A program made the position numbers and the translations under genes. DNA of 64,000 bases from Nitrospinales bacterium (GTDB taxonomy: Bacteria > Nitrospinota > Nitrospinia > Nitrospinales > VA-1). The DNA is taken from the NCBI GenBank assembly GCA_965205835.1, contig OZ242182.1:2236226-2300225 (forward strand), read 5' to 3'. Below the pieces are notes generated by a model. That model ran no database searches and had not been told where the DNA came from. It worked only from the letters and a program-made list of their open reading frames with translations. This document shows, piece by piece, positions 28,689 to 41,753 of the stretch (position 1 is its first letter; each line of letters begins with the position of its first letter).

Positions 28689-31600
28689 GTGGTGGATAGC
28701 CTGACATATTTTGATAAGCCAAAAAACCCCATTATGTTTGATGCCCTTCGCGTGCGGATTGCGTCCCCGGAAAAAATCCGCTCATGGTCTTATGGGGAGG
28801 TTAAGAAACCTGAAACGATTAATTACCGGACTTTCAAGCCTGAAAGAGACGGGTTGTTCTGTGCTAAGATTTTTGGGCCCGTCAAAGACTGGGAGTGCAC
28901 CTGCGGCAAATATAAAAGGATGAAGCATAAGGGTGTCATCTGTGAGAAGTGTGGCGTTGAAGTCATTCTCTCGAAGGTGCGCCGGGAACGTCTGGGGCAT
29001 ATTGAACTGGCCAGCCCAGTTGCCCACATCTGGTATTTCAAGGGTCTGCCTAGTCGTCTCGGGCATTTGCTGGATATTCCCCTGAAAGATCTTGAGCGCA
29101 TTATTTATTTTGAAAATTATGTGGTGACCAACCCCGGTGACTCGGAGATGGAAGTTGGCCAGATTTTGGACGAAGAAACGTATCGGGAAATGGAGATGGA
29201 GTTCCCCGACACGTTCCGAGCCATGATCGGCGCTGAAGGGGTTGCGGAACTTCTCAAGCCGATGAATCTGGATACCCTTTCAGTGGACTTGAAGGAGGAG
29301 ATGGTCACCACCAAGTCGGTGATGAACCGAAGAAAAGTCGCCAAGCGGTTGAAGATTGTTGAGGCGTTTCGTAAGTCAGGCAACAAGCCGGAATGGATGA
29401 TCCTTCAAGTTGTCCCCGTGATTCCGCCTGAATTGCGCCCCTTGGTTCCTCTGGATGGCGGGCGGTTTGCCACCTCTGACCTGAACGATCTTTACCGACG
29501 TGTGATCAACCGGAATAACCGGTTGAAACGCTTGCAGGAGTTGAAGGCACCGCAGATCATCATCCGAAATGAAAAGAGAATGTTACAGGAAGCCGTTTCG
29601 GCTCTGTTTGACAACGGGCGTAGGGGCCGCACCTTGCGCGGAACCAACAAGCGTCCCTTGAAATCTTTGAGCGATATGCTCAAGGGTAAGCAGGGTCGGT
29701 TCCGGCAAAATCTGCTGGGTAAGCGAGTGGATTATTCCGGTCGGTCCGTTATCGTTGTTGGGCCGCATTTAAGATTCCACCAGTGTGGACTGCCAAAGAA
29801 AATGGCACTCGAGTTGTTCAAACCGTTCGTGTTCAACCGGCTGGAAGAAAAAGGTTATGCGGCAACGATCAAGACCGCAAAAAAAATGGTCGAACAGGAA
29901 CGCGCTGAGGTCTGGGAAGTATTGGAAGAGGTGGTGAAAGGCCATCCCATTCTGCTCAACAGGGCACCAACACTGCATCGATTAGGTATTCAGGCGTTTG
30001 AACCTTTGCTGATTGAAGGCAAGGCCATTCAGGTGCATCCGATGGTATGTACTGCTTTCAATGCCGACTTTGATGGCGATCAGATGGCGGTCCATGTCCC
30101 GCTTTCCATGGAAGCGAGAACCGAATGTAAGTTGCTGATGATGTCTTCCAACAATGTGTTGTCTCCTTCAAACGGAAAACCCATTGCTGTTCCCACCCAG
30201 GATATAGTTTTGGGTTGCTATTACATGACCAAGATTCGCGGTAATGTGAAGGGGGCAGGTAAGGTTTTCTCGGGCCAGAAAGAAGTAGTGGCGGCTTACA
30301 ATGCGGATGAACTCGATTTGCAGGCTCAAATTATCGTTCGCCTTGAAGGGGTGTTGACCCAGACCACAACGGGACGGGTGCTTCTCGGTGGAGTGTTTCC
30401 AGAAGGGTTGCCGTTCGAACTGGCAAACCGACAGATGGATAAAAAATCCTTGTCTGATCTTTTCTCCATGTCTTTCCTTGTGGTGGGGCGGGAAAAAACC
30501 GTATCCCTGCTGGATGAAGTCAAGGAGCTGGGATTCAAATACGCCACCGAGGCGGGTCTCAGTATTTCCATTGACCAGATGCGCATTCCCAAAACCAAAA
30601 CTCAGTTGGTGGATAAAACCAGCGATGAGGTTCTCAGGGTTCATAAGCAATACCGCGATGGGCTCATCACCAATGGTGAAAGGTATAACAAGGTTATTGA
30701 TATCTGGGCGCACGTCACGGAAAAAGTATCTGAAGAAATGTTTAAAGAGCTGGAAACAGAAGACGAGGCCACCGTTATTGGGAAAAACAACAAGGACTTT
30801 AACTCGATTTTCATCATGGCGGACTCGGGAGCCCGGGGAAGCGCGCAACAGTTGCGGCAGTTGGCTGGAATGCGTGGCTTGATGGCCAAACCCTCGGGAG
30901 AAATCATCGAAACGCCGATCACCGCAAACTTCCGCGAAGGTCTTTCGGTCATTCAGTATTTCATTTCTACGAATGGAGCCCGCAAGGGCTTGGCGGATAC
31001 CGCGCTTAAAACGGCAAACTCGGGTTACCTCACCCGCCGACTGGTGGATGTAGCGCAGGATATGATTGTTCAGGAAGAAGACTGCGGAACTTTGAAGGGC
31101 ATTGATGCGATATCCCTGGTGGAAGCCGGTGAAATCATCCAGCCTTTGGGAGAAAGAATTTTAGGGCGGACGGTTCTTGAAGACGTGGTCGATCCTTTTA
31201 CCGGGGATGTGCTGGCCAAGGCAGACAGTCTGATTGTCGAGGAAACCGTGCTGGATATTGAAAATGCCGGTATCGAAAAAATTAAAATGCGATCCTGCCT
31301 GACCTGTGAATCCAAGCAGGGGGTTTGTATCAAATGTTACGGGCGCAATATGGCTACCCTGCAATGGGTGGAAGTGGGTGAGCCGGTAGGTGTTATTGCG
31401 GCGCAGTCTATTGGTGAGCCGGGAACCCAGCTTACCATGCGAACTTTCCATATTGGCGGAACGGCCAGCCGGGTGGTTGAGCAAACCACTTTGAATACCA
31501 AGCGGGGAGGAATCGTCAAGTATATGGGTCTTCGCACTCTCAAAAACCGTAACGCAGAAACCATTGTTATTAACCGCAACGGAAGTCTTGTGATTCAGGA

Positions 31601-32777
31601 TGAAACCGGCCGCGAAAAAGAGAAGTTCCCGGTTGTGTACGGAGCTAAGCTTAAAGTTGGCGACGGACAGGAGGTGCAGGAGGGTCAGACTTTGGTCGAA
31701 TGGGATCCTTATACCAACGCTATCTTGACAGAAGTTTCTGGAACCATTGCTTTCGGCGATATTATCGAAGGCGTGACTATGAAAGAAGACTTTGATGAGA
31801 TTACCGGTCTCTCCACCAAAGTTATCATCAGTCATCGTGATGAGAAAAAACAACCGCAGATTTCACTTGAGGATGAGAAGGGTGACACGGTGCGTCGCTA
31901 TGTCCTGCCTGCTGGCGCCAACATCAACGTCAGCGAAGGTGATATGGTGAGTGCTGGAGACTTGATCGTAAAGATTCCCCGCGAATCGGCGAAAACCAAA
32001 GACATCACCGGCGGATTGCCGCGTGTGGCCGAGCTTTTTGAGGCTCGCAAACCGCATGAGCCGGCGACGATTACTGAAATTTCAGGTACGGTGAAGTTTG
32101 GTGGATTCGTTAAGGGCATGCGTAAGGTCATCATTGTGAGTAAATCCGGCGATGAATACGAATACCTGATTCCGCGTGGCAAACATATCAACGTCCATGA
32201 AGGCGATGAGGTGGTTACCGGCGAACCTCTGATGGACGGTGCCTCCAACCCGCATGATATTTTACGGGTATTGGGAGAAGATGAATTGCAGAAATACCTG
32301 GTGAATGAAGTGCAAGAGGTTTACCGTCTCCAGGGCGTGCAGATCAATGATAAGCATATCGAGGTTATCGTGCGGCAAATGCTCAGGCATTTGGTCATTG
32401 AAGATGCAGGCGATACGGGATTTCTGGTTGGAGAACAGGTGACGAAGAAAGTCTTTAACCTGGCCAATCAGGAAGCCATCAAGAATAAGAAAAAACCAGC
32501 TAAAGGTGCTGCGGTACTCTTGGGAATTACTAAATCGTCGCTCAGCACGGAAAGTTTTATTTCGGCAGCATCTTTCCAGGAAACCACTCGTGTCCTCACA
32601 GAGGTGAGCGTGAGCGGCAAGCGAGATAACTTGGTCGGGTTAAAAGAAAATGTGACTATGGGAAGGTTGATCCCGGCAGGTACGGGATGCCGAGCATATA
32701 GCGGAATTCGCATTGAAGAACCTGAAATTGAAGGGGCTGAACAGACGGAAGACCAAGCTCTGGTTACGGCGGAATAA
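28689..32777 (+). CDS. rpoC: RNA polymerase beta' subunit
   Basis: [28 protein letters not shown] and [15 protein letters not shown] start at 28689 or 28692 follows AAGGAG. Confidence 0.99.
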   Translation: MVDSLTYFDKPKNPIMFDALRVRIASPEKIRSWSYGEVKKPETINYRTFKPERDGLFCAKIFGPVKDWECTCGKYKRMKHKGVICEKCGVEVILSKVRRERLGHIELASPVAHIWYFKGLPSRLGHLLDIPLKDLERIIYFENYVVTNPGDSEMEVGQILDEETYREMEMEFPDTFRAMIGAEGVAELLKPMNLDTLSVDLKEEMVTTKSVMNRRKVAKRLKIVEAFRKSGNKPEWMILQVVPVIPPELRPLVPLDGGRFATSDLNDLYRRVINRNNRLKRLQELKAPQIIIRNEKRMLQEAVSALFDNGRRGRTLRGTNKRPLKSLSDMLKGKQGRFRQNLLGKRVDYSGRSVIVVGPHLRFHQCGLPKKMALELFKPFVFNRLEEKGYAATIKTAKKMVEQERAEVWEVLEEVVKGHPILLNRAPTLHRLGIQAFEPLLIEGKAIQVHPMVCTAFNADFDGDQMAVHVPLSMEARTECKLLMMSSNNVLSPSNGKPIAVPTQDIVLGCYYMTKIRGNVKGAGKVFSGQKEVVAAYNADELDLQAQIIVRLEGVLTQTTTGRVLLGGVFPEGLPFELANRQMDKKSLSDLFSMSFLVVGREKTVSLLDEVKELGFKYATEAGLSISIDQMRIPKTKTQLVDKTSDEVLRVHKQYRDGLITNGERYNKVIDIWAHVTEKVSEEMFKELETEDEATVIGKNNKDFNSIFIMADSGARGSAQQLRQLAGMRGLMAKPSGEIIETPITANFREGLSVIQYFISTNGARKGLADTALKTANSGYLTRRLVDVAQDMIVQEEDCGTLKGIDAISLVEAGEIIQPLGERILGRTVLEDVVDPFTGDVLAKADSLIVEETVLDIENAGIEKIKMRSCLTCESKQGVCIKCYGRNMATLQWVEVGEPVGVIAAQSIGEPGTQLTMRTFHIGGTASRVVEQTTLNTKRGGIVKYMGLRTLKNRNAETIVINRNGSLVIQDETGREKEKFPVVYGAKLKVGDGQEVQEGQTLVEWDPYTNAILTEVSGTIAFGDIIEGVTMKEDFDEITGLSTKVIISHRDEKKQPQISLEDEKGDTVRRYVLPAGANINVSEGDMVSAGDLIVKIPRESAKTKDITGGLPRVAELFEARKPHEPATITEISGTVKFGGFVKGMRKVIIVSKSGDEYEYLIPRGKHINVHEGDEVVTGEPLMDGASNPHDILRVLGEDELQKYLVNEVQEVYRLQGVQINDKHIEVIVRQMLRHLVIEDAGDTGFLVGEQVTKKVFNLANQEAIKNKKKPAKGAAVLLGITKSSLSTESFISAASFQETTRVLTEVSVSGKRDNLVGLKENVTMGRLIPAGTGCRAYSGIRIEEPEIEGAEQTEDQALVTAE

Positions 32778-32804
32778 AAAACAGGGGAAGCCCTTATTTT
32801 TTGC

Positions 32805-32832
32805 TTGACTAAGTGATTTTCAATGCTACAAT
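32805..32832 (+). promoter_or_regulatory. Putative sigma70 promoter of the str operon
   Basis: TTGACT-16 nt-TACAAT with an extended -10 (TGC TACAAT). Confidence 0.75.
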
Positions 32833-32955
32833 TGCGATTTTTTCACGCCTATATCCAGCCTGATATAACCCTTTGTTTTTATTAACTTCATTGGGTATTT
32901 TCAGATTTATTCGGTGACCATTTTGCGTGGATTGCCTTTTTGGGAGGTATCTTTT

Positions 32956-33330
32956 TTGCCTACGATCAGTCAGCTGGTAAAAACCGGTCGGAAAACGCCG
33001 GTCAGAAAAAGCGATAGCCCTGCTTTAAAAGCGTGTCCACAGAAGCGCGGGGTTTGTGTTCGGGTTTACACATCTACGCCCAAAAAGCCTAATTCGGCTC
33101 TCCGAAAAGTGGCTCGAGTGAGGTTGACAAACGGAATGGAAGTCACCACCTATATTCCTGGTGTGGGTCACAATTTGCAAGAGCACTCCATTGTTGTGAT
33201 TCGCGGAGGCCGAATTAAAGATTTGCCTGGGGTTCGGTATCATGTGGTCCGTGGGAGTCTGGATACGCTTGGCGTAGAAGGTCGGATGCAGAGCCGATCC
33301 AAATATGGCGCGAAGAAGCCTAAAAAATAA
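32956..33330 (+). CDS. rpsL: 30S ribosomal protein S12
   Basis: TTG start gives MPTISQLV; [10 protein letters not shown] and [13 protein letters not shown] are present. Confidence 0.98.
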   Translation: MPTISQLVKTGRKTPVRKSDSPALKACPQKRGVCVRVYTSTPKKPNSALRKVARVRLTNGMEVTTYIPGVGHNLQEHSIVVIRGGRIKDLPGVRYHVVRGSLDTLGVEGRMQSRSKYGAKKPKK

Positions 33331-33345
33331 TCATCGGTAACTATT

Positions 33346-33816
33346 ATGGCAAGAAGAAGAGGGGCTCAGAAAAGAAAGATCACTCCTGATCCAAAGTTTA
33401 ATGATCTCCTGGTCGCTCGCTTTATCAATTGCATTTTGCGCAAGGGCGAGAAGGGGAAGGCCGAAAGTATCCTTTATACGGCATTGGACAGTGTTGCTGA
33501 GAAGAGTAAGGAGGAGCCTTTGCGGGTTTTTCGTAAGGCGGTAGAGAATGTGGCACCTTTATTGGAGGTGCGGTCCCGGAGAGTCGGAGGTGCCACTTAT
33601 CAGGTACCGGTTGAGGTGAGAGAAAGTCGCAGGCAGGCTCTTGGTATTCGATGGGTGATCCAGAATGCCAAGGCACGTTCCGGCAGATCAATGGCTGAAA
33701 AATTGACCGGCGAGATTCTGGATGCTTTCGGAAACTCGGGTGGGGCGGTTAAGAAAAAAGAAGAAGTCCATCGGATGGCGGAGGCGAATAAAGCCTTTGC
33801 TCATTACCGCTGGTAA
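33346..33816 (+). CDS. rpsG: 30S ribosomal protein S7
   Basis: [26 protein letters not shown]. Confidence 0.98.
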   Translation: MARRRGAQKRKITPDPKFNDLLVARFINCILRKGEKGKAESILYTALDSVAEKSKEEPLRVFRKAVENVAPLLEVRSRRVGGATYQVPVEVRESRRQALGIRWVIQNAKARSGRSMAEKLTGEILDAFGNSGGAVKKKEEVHRMAEANKAFAHYRW

Positions 33817-33835
33817 TTGGAGATTATTTTTTTAA

Positions 33836-35938
33836 ATGGGTAAGAAAATACAACCTGAGAAAACCCGGAACATAGGAATCATCGCTCATATCGATGCCGG
33901 TAAAACCACCACTACCGAGCGTATTCTCTATTACACGGGTAAGAGCCATAAGATTGGCGAGGTGCATGACGGCAATGCGACGATGGACTGGATGGAGCAG
34001 GAGCAGGAGCGGGGAATCACGATCACCTCGGCGGCGACAACTTGTTTCTGGCAGGATCATCAGATCAATATTATTGATACGCCTGGTCATGTGGATTTTA
34101 CGGCTGAGGTGGAAAGGTCTTTGCGGGTTCTCGATGGAGCTGTAGGCGTGTTTGATGCTGTCAGCGGTGTGGAACCTCAGTCTGAAACGGTTTGGCGTCA
34201 AGCCAGTAAGTACCGTGTTCCCAGAATTTGTTTTGTCAATAAGATGGATCGGGCGGGAGCAAACTTCCCGGGTTGTATCCAGCAGATGGTGGACAAGTTG
34301 GGTGCTCATCCTGTTGCCGTTCAGCTCCCTTTAGGGGCTGAGGCAGATTTTCTGGGTGTGATTGACCTGATTGGTATGAAAGCTAATGTTTATTCGGATA
34401 CCAAGAACAGGGGAGAAACCTTTGATGTGGTGGATATCCCAGTGGAGTACCGGGATCAAGCAGAAGAGTACAGGGAAAAACTGATCGAGTCGGCCTCGGA
34501 TGTGGATGACGCGATTATGGAAAAATTTCTCGGTGGCGAAGAGGTGTCGCGGGAAGAAATTATTGCGGCCTTGAGGAAAGGAACTTTGGAGTCCAAGTTT
34601 ACCCTGATTTTATGTGGGGCCGCGTTTAAGAATAAGGGCGTGCAACAACTTCTGGATGCCGTCGTCCTTTACCTCCCTTCCCCGCAGGAACTCAAAGCCA
34701 TCACTGGCACCAATCCCAATACTCAGGAAGAAGAAACCCGCAGGCTGGATTCCAAAGATCCGCTTTCGGGGCTGGCTTTTAAAATCATGACCGATCCCTT
34801 TGTGGGTCAGTTGGCGTTTGTGCGTGTTTATTCTGGCCGGTTGACCAGCGGTTCTTATATCTATAATTCGACGAAGAATGAAAGGGAGCGTGTGGGTCGG
34901 CTCTTGAGGATGCACGCGAATAAGCGGGAAGAGGTTGATTTGGTGCAGGCGGGTGATATTGCTGCGGTGATCGGGTTGAAGAAATCTTATACTGGGGACA
35001 CGCTTTGCGATCAGGACCATCCGATTATTCTTGAAGCGATTCAGTTTCCTGAGCCGGTTATTTCTGTTGCCATAGAGCCTAAAACCAAGGCGGAGCAGGA
35101 CAAACTCTCCGATTGCCTCGTTAAACTCCTTCAGGAAGACCCCACGTTTAAAGTCCGTGTTGATCCGGAGACAAGTCAAACTGTTATTTCGGGAATGGGT
35201 GAGTTGCATCTTGAGATTTTGGTTGATCGAATGCGTCGTGAATTCTCTCTCGATGTGGATGTGTCTAAGCCTCAGGTGGCTTATAGGGAAACTATTACCA
35301 AGGCTGTCGAACATGAAAATAAATACGTCAAGCAGAGTGGGGGTCGTGGCCAGTATGGTCATGTCGTTATAAGGGTCGAGCCGAGAGAGTCTGGGTCGGG
35401 TTTTGAATTTATCAATAAAATTGTTGGCGGCACGATTCCTCGTGAGTTTATTTCTGCTGTTCAGAAGGGTGTTGTGGAGGCGATGGGCCGAGGCATTATG
35501 TGCGGATATCCCACAGTGGATGTTTCGGTGACGTTGCTGGACGGGTCGTTTCATGATGTTGATTCTTCGGAAATGGCATTCAAGATTTGCGCTTCCATGG
35601 CTTTTCAGGAAGCCTGCAAAAAAGGATATCCTCAGTTGCTGGAACCGGTTATGGATGTGGAGGTCGTTACACCTGAAGAGTTTATGGGCGATGTTATCGG
35701 CAGGCTGAATTCCAAGCGCGGCAAGATTAAAGACCTTGCGGATCGTGCTGGTGCCAAGGTGATTCGAGCGGAAGTTCCTCTCTCTGGGATGTTTGGGTAT
35801 TCCACCGATCTTCGGTCGGCAACCCAAGGGCGTGCGGATTACTCAATGGAGTTTGCCATGTACGAGAGTGTTCCCGCCGCGATTGCTGAAGAGTTGGTGG
35901 CTAAGGCAACTGGATCTAAAGAGAAATTAGCAGTTTAA
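33836..35938 (+). CDS. fusA: Elongation factor G
   Basis: [36 protein letters not shown] and [11 protein letters not shown]. Confidence 0.99.
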   Translation: MGKKIQPEKTRNIGIIAHIDAGKTTTTERILYYTGKSHKIGEVHDGNATMDWMEQEQERGITITSAATTCFWQDHQINIIDTPGHVDFTAEVERSLRVLDGAVGVFDAVSGVEPQSETVWRQASKYRVPRICFVNKMDRAGANFPGCIQQMVDKLGAHPVAVQLPLGAEADFLGVIDLIGMKANVYSDTKNRGETFDVVDIPVEYRDQAEEYREKLIESASDVDDAIMEKFLGGEEVSREEIIAALRKGTLESKFTLILCGAAFKNKGVQQLLDAVVLYLPSPQELKAITGTNPNTQEEETRRLDSKDPLSGLAFKIMTDPFVGQLAFVRVYSGRLTSGSYIYNSTKNERERVGRLLRMHANKREEVDLVQAGDIAAVIGLKKSYTGDTLCDQDHPIILEAIQFPEPVISVAIEPKTKAEQDKLSDCLVKLLQEDPTFKVRVDPETSQTVISGMGELHLEILVDRMRREFSLDVDVSKPQVAYRETITKAVEHENKYVKQSGGRGQYGHVVIRVEPRESGSGFEFINKIVGGTIPREFISAVQKGVVEAMGRGIMCGYPTVDVSVTLLDGSFHDVDSSEMAFKICASMAFQEACKKGYPQLLEPVMDVEVVTPEEFMGDVIGRLNSKRGKIKDLADRAGAKVIRAEVPLSGMFGYSTDLRSATQGRADYSMEFAMYESVPAAIAEELVAKATGSKEKLAV

Positions 35939-35975
35939 CTAAAAATTATTTGAAAATACTTTGGAGTGAACCAGC

Positions 35976-37166
35976 ATGGCTAAAGAAAAATTTGTTCGTG
36001 ACAAGCCACATATAAACGTTGGAACCATTGGTCATGTTGACCACGGAAAAACGACTCTTACCGCGTCGATTACAGAGGTTCTGTCTAAGAAGGGATTCGC
36101 TGATACGATCGCCTTTGATCAAATTGACAAGGCTCCTGAGGAAAAAGAGCGGGGTATCACCATCGCGATTGCTCATGTTGAATACAATACCGAGAACCGG
36201 CATTATGCGCATGTGGACTGCCCGGGTCATGCTGACTATGTTAAGAACATGATCACTGGCGCGGCGCAGATGGATGGCGCGATCTTGGTAATTTCTGCCA
36301 ATGACGGCCCGATGCCACAAACTCGCGAGCATATTCTGTTGGCTCGACAGGTGGGTGTTCCGAAGATCGTTGTGTTCATGAATAAATGCGACATGGTTGA
36401 CGATCCTGAACTGCTTGATTTGGTTGAACTGGAAGTGCGAGAGTTGTTGACCAAATATGAATTTCCTGGAGGCGATGTTCCTGTGATTCGCGGAAGTGCA
36501 CTGCAGGCGCTGGAAAACCCAGAAGATGAAGAAAAAACAAAGTGTGTCTGGGAGTTGATGGAAGCTATTGATACTTATTTCCCGGTTCCGGATCGTCCGG
36601 TTGATAAGCCTTTCTTGATGCCGATTGAGGACATTTTCAGTATTTCCGGGCGTGGAACTGTTGCGACTGGGCGTGTTGAGACAGGGGTCGTCAAGGTTGG
36701 TGAAGAAATTGAGATCGTAGGGTTCAAGGAAACAATGAAGACCACGGCTACTGGTGTGGAAATGTTTCGCAAGCTTCTTGATGAGGGGCGTGCCGGGGAA
36801 AACGTGGGTATTCTGTTGCGCGGAACCAAGCGTGAAGAAATCGAGCGAGGGCAGGTTCTGGCCAAGCCCGGGTCCATCACCCCGCATACTAAATTCAAGG
36901 CGGAAGTTTATATTCTGACCAAAGAGGAAGGCGGAAGGCATACTCCGTTCTTCAATGGTTACCGTCCGCAGTTTTATTTCCGGACCACTGACGTGACCGG
37001 TGTCGCAACCTTGCCGGCGGGTGTTGAGATGGTAATGCCGGGAGATAATGTCGCGATGGAGATAACGCTTATTACGCCTGTGGCAATGGATAAAGAACTT
37101 CGTTTTGCTATCCGGGAAGGCGGTCGTACAGTTGGTGCCGGAGTTGTGGGCGAGGTTGTTGAATAA
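35976..37166 (+). CDS. tuf: Elongation factor Tu
   Basis: [28 protein letters not shown] and EGGRTVGAG. Confidence 0.99.
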   Translation: MAKEKFVRDKPHINVGTIGHVDHGKTTLTASITEVLSKKGFADTIAFDQIDKAPEEKERGITIAIAHVEYNTENRHYAHVDCPGHADYVKNMITGAAQMDGAILVISANDGPMPQTREHILLARQVGVPKIVVFMNKCDMVDDPELLDLVELEVRELLTKYEFPGGDVPVIRGSALQALENPEDEEKTKCVWELMEAIDTYFPVPDRPVDKPFLMPIEDIFSISGRGTVATGRVETGVVKVGEEIEIVGFKETMKTTATGVEMFRKLLDEGRAGENVGILLRGTKREEIERGQVLAKPGSITPHTKFKAEVYILTKEEGGRHTPFFNGYRPQFYFRTTDVTGVATLPAGVEMVMPGDNVAMEITLITPVAMDKELRFAIREGGRTVGAGVVGEVVE

Positions 37167-37474
37167 TGAGTGACCAGAAAATAAAAATCCGGCTCAAGGC
37201 TTACGACCATAAACTGCTGGATTGGTCGGTAGGGGAAATTGTGGAAACCACTCGGTGCACAGGTGCCAAAGTGGTGGGTCCGATTCCATTGCCTACAATA
37301 AAAAATAAATGGACTGTTTTGCGTTCCCCTCACGTGGATAAAAAATCCCGTGAGCAATTTGAAATCCGAACGCATAAGCGGGTTCTTGAAATCCTCGAAC
37401 CGACTCCTCAAACCGTAGATGCATTGATGAAGCTGGATCTGTCGGGGGGCGTTGATATTGAGATCAAGCTTTAA
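37166..37474 (+). CDS. rpsJ: 30S ribosomal protein S10
   Basis: [29 protein letters not shown]. Confidence 0.98.
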   Translation: MSDQKIKIRLKAYDHKLLDWSVGEIVETTRCTGAKVVGPIPLPTIKNKWTVLRSPHVDKKSREQFEIRTHKRVLEILEPTPQTVDALMKLDLSGGVDIEIKL

Positions 37475-37486
37475 CGTAGAGAAAAT

Positions 37487-38107
37487 ATGAGTGCTCTAAT
37501 TGGAAAAAAAATCGGCATGACCGAGGTGTTTACGGACAAGGGAGATTGTGTCCCGGTCACCGTAATACATGTGGAGCGTTGTGTGCCGGTTTTGAAGCGA
37601 ACCGAAGAGAAAGACGGATATCAGGCTCTCATGCTGGCGTATGGAACCCGTAAGCCGAAGCATACTAATAAGCCTTTGCAAGGGTTCTATGACAAGCTTA
37701 AGGTGGAACCCGCAAAAATTCTCCGGGAGTTCAGAGGGCAGGATGTGGATGACGAAGCCGTAGGCAAGCCGCTTAAGGTGGATATTTTCAGTGAAGGCGA
37801 TAGTGTTCAGGTGGTGGGTGTCACCAAGGGAAAAGGTTTTTCCGGGGTTTTCAGGCGGTTCAATTATGGCGGTGCACCGGCTTCTCATGGTCATCATGAA
37901 AGTTATCGCGGAACCGGTTCGATAGGCATGCATACTTATCCGGGGCGGGTTCTAAAGGGCACCGGTATGCCGGGGCGGATGGGTGGCAAAAAAGCCTGCT
38001 TGAAAAACCTGAAAGTGGTCCGGGTTGATGTAGAAAATAATGTGTTGTTGCTCAAGGGGGCAGTCCCCGGAGCCAATGGTGGAATCGTCAGTATGTTTAA
38101 ATCTTAA
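37487..38107 (+). CDS. rplC: 50S ribosomal protein L3
   Basis: GKKIGMT, KGKGFSG, MPGRMG, KGAVPG. Confidence 0.97.
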   Translation: MSALIGKKIGMTEVFTDKGDCVPVTVIHVERCVPVLKRTEEKDGYQALMLAYGTRKPKHTNKPLQGFYDKLKVEPAKILREFRGQDVDDEAVGKPLKVDIFSEGDSVQVVGVTKGKGFSGVFRRFNYGGAPASHGHHESYRGTGSIGMHTYPGRVLKGTGMPGRMGGKKACLKNLKVVRVDVENNVLLLKGAVPGANGGIVSMFKS

Positions 38108-38124
38108 GAGACGAGTCTTTGGTC

Positions 38125-38751
38125 ATGCCGACAATAGATATTGTAGACAGTAAAAATAAAAAAGTGGGGACGGTAGAGGCTCTCGACAGTGTCTTTGACG
38201 GCCGGATTCGCGAAGAGTTGGTGCAAAGGTATGTGACCATGCAGTTGGCGGCCCGCCGAGGTGGCAACGCGGCGACCAAACAGAACAAAGGGGAACTGCG
38301 TGGCAGTGGTGCCAAGCCTTGGAGGCAGAAAGGGACGGGCCGTGCTCGTGCGGGGAATACTCGATCGCCCATTTGGCGCGGTGGCATGACCGTTTTTGGG
38401 CCTAGCCCGAGAAGTTATGCGTTCCAGCTTTCCAAAAAGTCTAAAAGGATCGCGATTAAATCAGTTTTGACGGAAAGGCTGAAAGGGCAGAACTTCACGG
38501 TGGTTGATTCGCTGAACCTCGAGAATCCCAAAACCAAAGACGCTGTAGCTTTGTTGGCCAGTCTGAGCCTTCCCGCAAAAACGCTATTTCTTGTTTCGGA
38601 AAAGAACACCAACCTGCAACTGGCGGTTCGTAACTTGCCTCAGGTGGATGTGCTTTTGGTTGATGGGATCAATGTTTTTGACTTGTTGGTTCATGAGCGG
38701 ATTGTCTGTACTCCTGAAGCACTTAAAAAGATTGAGGCGCGGTTGAATTAA
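38125..38751 (+). CDS. rplD: 50S ribosomal protein L4
   Basis: KPWRQKGTGRARAG, WRGG..FGP. ATG at 38125 (alternative TTG 38119). Confidence 0.97.
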   Translation: MPTIDIVDSKNKKVGTVEALDSVFDGRIREELVQRYVTMQLAARRGGNAATKQNKGELRGSGAKPWRQKGTGRARAGNTRSPIWRGGMTVFGPSPRSYAFQLSKKSKRIAIKSVLTERLKGQNFTVVDSLNLENPKTKDAVALLASLSLPAKTLFLVSEKNTNLQLAVRNLPQVDVLLVDGINVFDLLVHERIVCTPEALKKIEARLN

Positions 38752-39038
38752 TGGAGATGTATCGAGTTATAGAGAAACCGCTGGTCACGGAAAAGGGTAC
38801 GGATATGCTTGCCGAGGGAAACTGGGTGGTGTTCCGGGTGAACCCCGAGGCCAATAAAATTCAGATCCGGGAGGCGGTGCAGAAGATTTTTGATGTGAAA
38901 GTCCTTCACGTCAATACCCAAGTTGTGCGGGGTAAGCGCAAACGGTTCGGTAAGACCATGGGCCAGACGAAAACCTGGAAAAAGGCCATGGTTCAGTTGA
39001 AAGAAGGGGATAAAATTCAAATTTTTGAGGGAGCGTAA
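38751..39038 (+). CDS. rplW: 50S ribosomal protein L23
   Basis: PLVTEK, FRVNPEANK, WKKAMVQL. Confidence 0.97.
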   Translation: MEMYRVIEKPLVTEKGTDMLAEGNWVVFRVNPEANKIQIREAVQKIFDVKVLHVNTQVVRGKRKRFGKTMGQTKTWKKAMVQLKEGDKIQIFEGA

Positions 39039-39044
39039 GCGGTA

Positions 39045-39875
39045 ATGCCGATCAGGAAGCTAAAACCCAGATCACCTGGTGTGCGATCCCAGACTATTTC
39101 TGGTTTCGATGAGATTACCAAATCGACCCCCGAGAAAAGTCTTCTCGTTGCTATAGCAAGAAAAGGTGGACGCAATAACCACGGTCGTATCACTGCTAAA
39201 AGGCGGGGTGGCGGGCATAGGAAGCAATACCGGGTTATAGATTTCAAGCGGCGGAAGGATGGCATCCCGGCGGAAGTTGCGGGTATTGAATACGATCCCA
39301 ACCGTAGCGCACGCATCGCCCTTCTGTCTTATTCGGATGGCGAGAAGCGTTATATCGTTTCTCCCGCCAAGCTGAATGTGGGAGATGTGTTGATATCGGG
39401 CGAGACGGCTGATGTCCGCGTTGGTAATTGTCTCCCTCTGAGAAATATTCCCGAAGGCACCTTGATTCATAATGTAGAGATGCGTCCGGGCAAGGGAGCT
39501 CAGATTGCCCGTAGTGCTGGCAGTAGTGCTCAGCTGATGGCTAAGGAGGGGGAGTATGTAAACCTCAAGCTCAAGTCAGGGGAAATTCGATTGGTTCATA
39601 AAAATTGCCGGGCAACGATTGGCACGGTGGGTAACGCCGATCATGAAAATGTTTCCATTGGTAAAGCAGGGCGTGTGAGATGGATGGGACGCAGGCCTCG
39701 TGTTCGCGCGGTAGCGATGAACCCGGTGGATCACCCTATGGGTGGTGGTGAAGGCCGGTCTTCAGGAGGTCGGCATCCTTGTAGTCCATGGGGTCAGATG
39801 GCTAAGGGATTGAAGACCCGTAAGGTTAAAAAAGTATCGGATAAATTTATTCTCAGTCGTAAGAAGAGAAAATAA
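39045..39875 (+). CDS. rplB: 50S ribosomal protein L2
   Basis: [37 protein letters not shown]. Confidence 0.98.
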   Translation: MPIRKLKPRSPGVRSQTISGFDEITKSTPEKSLLVAIARKGGRNNHGRITAKRRGGGHRKQYRVIDFKRRKDGIPAEVAGIEYDPNRSARIALLSYSDGEKRYIVSPAKLNVGDVLISGETADVRVGNCLPLRNIPEGTLIHNVEMRPGKGAQIARSAGSSAQLMAKEGEYVNLKLKSGEIRLVHKNCRATIGTVGNADHENVSIGKAGRVRWMGRRPRVRAVAMNPVDHPMGGGEGRSSGGRHPCSPWGQMAKGLKTRKVKKVSDKFILSRKKRK

Positions 39876-39900
39876 ACTGTTTGTAAGCTGAGGTTTTGGG

Positions 39901-40182
39901 ATGGCTCGATCATTAAAGAAAGGCCCGTTTGTCGATTCGCATTTGCAGGATAAAATCGAGGAGATGAACCGGAGGAATGAAAAGAAGGTGTGCAAGACAT
40001 GGTCGCGCCGGTCCACTATCACTCCGGACTTTGTTGGGCATACCATATCGATACACAATGGTAAAAAGTTTTTTCCTGTTTTTATATCGGAAAATATGGT
40101 TGGGCATAAATTAGGTGAATTTTCTCCTACACGGGCATTCAGGTCGCATGGGGGTAAAACCAAAAAAGCAGTCACCAAGTAA
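39901..40182 (+). CDS. rpsS: 30S ribosomal protein S19
   Basis: [27 protein letters not shown]. Confidence 0.98.
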   Translation: MARSLKKGPFVDSHLQDKIEEMNRRNEKKVCKTWSRRSTITPDFVGHTISIHNGKKFFPVFISENMVGHKLGEFSPTRAFRSHGGKTKKAVTK

Positions 40183-40194
40183 TACAGAGGTATC

Positions 40195-40536
40195 GTGGAA
40201 GTTAGGGCTTTACTCAGACATACAAGAACGGCACCGCGTAAGGCGCGGTTGGTAGCTGATTTGATTCGCGGAAAAAACGTGAACGATGCGATCAATATTC
40301 TTACGTTTACCCGCAAGCGGGTGGCGGAAAAGCTTCAAAAACTGCTGAAATCGGCTATCGCTAACGCGGAGGAGAACCATAAGGTTCTCGATGTGGATGA
40401 TCTGGTGATTAAAAATATTCAGGTCGATGAAGGGGTGACTTGGAAAAGGAATATGCCGAGAGCGCGAGGAATGGCGACCATGATTCAAAAGAAGACCAGT
40501 CATATTACTTTGATACTGGAAGAAAAAGAATCTTAA
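40195..40536 (+). CDS. rplV: 50S ribosomal protein L22
   Basis: APRKARLVADLIRG, PRARG, TSHIT. Confidence 0.97.
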   Translation: MEVRALLRHTRTAPRKARLVADLIRGKNVNDAINILTFTRKRVAEKLQKLLKSAIANAEENHKVLDVDDLVIKNIQVDEGVTWKRNMPRARGMATMIQKKTSHITLILEEKES

Positions 40537-40548
40537 GGAGATAAAAGC

Positions 40549-41238
40549 GTGGGTCAAAAAGTTCACCCTTACGGGTTCCGGTTGGGATTCAGCAAGACTT
40601 GGATATCTTCCTGGTACGCGAGGAAAGGATATTCTGGCCAGTTGATTGAGGATATGGCCCTCAGGAAACATATTTTCAAGACGCTTTCTCACGCGGGTAT
40701 CTCCCGGGTGGAGATTGAGCGTTCGGCAAGTCGCGTAAGGATCAATATTTATACAGCGCGTCCGGGCATAATCATCGGGAAAAAGGGTCTTGAGGTTGAC
40801 AGGCTGAAAGAGGAACTGCAGAAGGTCATGTCTGGAAAACAGGTCAACCTTAATATCAAAGAGGTGCGTCGTGCCGAGCTGGACGCGGCTTTGATCGGAC
40901 AGAATATCGCCCTGCAATTGGAAAAAAGAGTTTCGTTTCGTCGGGCAATGAAAAAGAGTGTGATCTCGGCGCTGAGATTTGGGGCCAAGGGAATTAAAAT
41001 ACGGGTATCGGGTCGGTTGGGTGGTGCGGAAATTGCCCGCAGTGAATGGTACCGGGAAGGCAGGGTTCCTCTGCATACTCTGAGGGCGGATATCGATTAT
41101 GGGACCGCGAATTCCAACACCACCTTTGGGATTATCGGGGTGAAGGTGTGGGTTTATAAGGGAGATATTCTCCCGGGTAAGGAGATCGAGCGGCCAAAAG
41201 GATTCCAGGGAAAAGAAAAGGGAAAAGCTTCGGCCTGA
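40549..41238 (+). CDS. rpsC: 30S ribosomal protein S3
   Basis: [37 protein letters not shown]. Confidence 0.98.
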   Translation: MGQKVHPYGFRLGFSKTWISSWYARKGYSGQLIEDMALRKHIFKTLSHAGISRVEIERSASRVRINIYTARPGIIIGKKGLEVDRLKEELQKVMSGKQVNLNIKEVRRAELDAALIGQNIALQLEKRVSFRRAMKKSVISALRFGAKGIKIRVSGRLGGAEIARSEWYREGRVPLHTLRADIDYGTANSNTTFGIIGVKVWVYKGDILPGKEIERPKGFQGKEKGKASA

Positions 41239-41267
41239 TTTGCGTGTGAGGCCTGATTTGCGTGAGA
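41232..41267 (+). repeat. 18-bp tandem duplication spanning the rpsC stop codon
   Basis: ggcctgatttgcgtgtga followed by ggcctgatttgcgtgaga (17 of 18 identical). Confidence 0.85.
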
Positions 41268-41320
41268 CCTAACTTCGGGCGTTATGCCTGGCTATAAATG
41301 TTTATTGGGGATGATGCATC

Positions 41321-41731
41321 ATGTTGATGCCCAAAAGAGTTAAGTATAGAAAGCGCCATAAGGGGCGGATGCGTGGCACAGCCTACCGGGGAGGGTCTCT
41401 GGATTTCGGCACTTACGGTCTGCAAGCTCTGGAATGTGGTCGCATCAGCAATCGGCAGATTGAGGCGGCCCGTATCGCGATGACCCGCCATGTTAAACGT
41501 GGGGGGAAAATCTGGCTACGGATTTTCCCTGACAAGCCGGTTTCCAAGAAACCGTTGGAAACAAGAATGGGTAAGGGTAAAGGCAATCCGGAGTTTTGGG
41601 TGGCCGTTGTAAAACCGGGCCGTATGCTTTATGAAATGGAGGGTGTGCCGGAAGATGTTGCCAAAGAGGCGTTTCGCCTGGCGGCGCATAAGTTATCAGT
41701 ATCTACCCGGTTTGTTGTTAAGCAAGCCTGA
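41321..41731 (+). CDS. rplP: 50S ribosomal protein L16
   Basis: [27 protein letters not shown]. Confidence 0.98.
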   Translation: MLMPKRVKYRKRHKGRMRGTAYRGGSLDFGTYGLQALECGRISNRQIEAARIAMTRHVKRGGKIWLRIFPDKPVSKKPLETRMGKGKGNPEFWVAVVKPGRMLYEMEGVPEDVAKEAFRLAAHKLSVSTRFVVKQA

Positions 41732-41753
41732 TTGGAAAAGTGAGAGACGTATT

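Noticed and set aside
32777-32802. Terminator after rpoC
   Set aside because: The stem is only about 4 bp and overlaps the UP region of the rpsL promoter, which is too weak to call.
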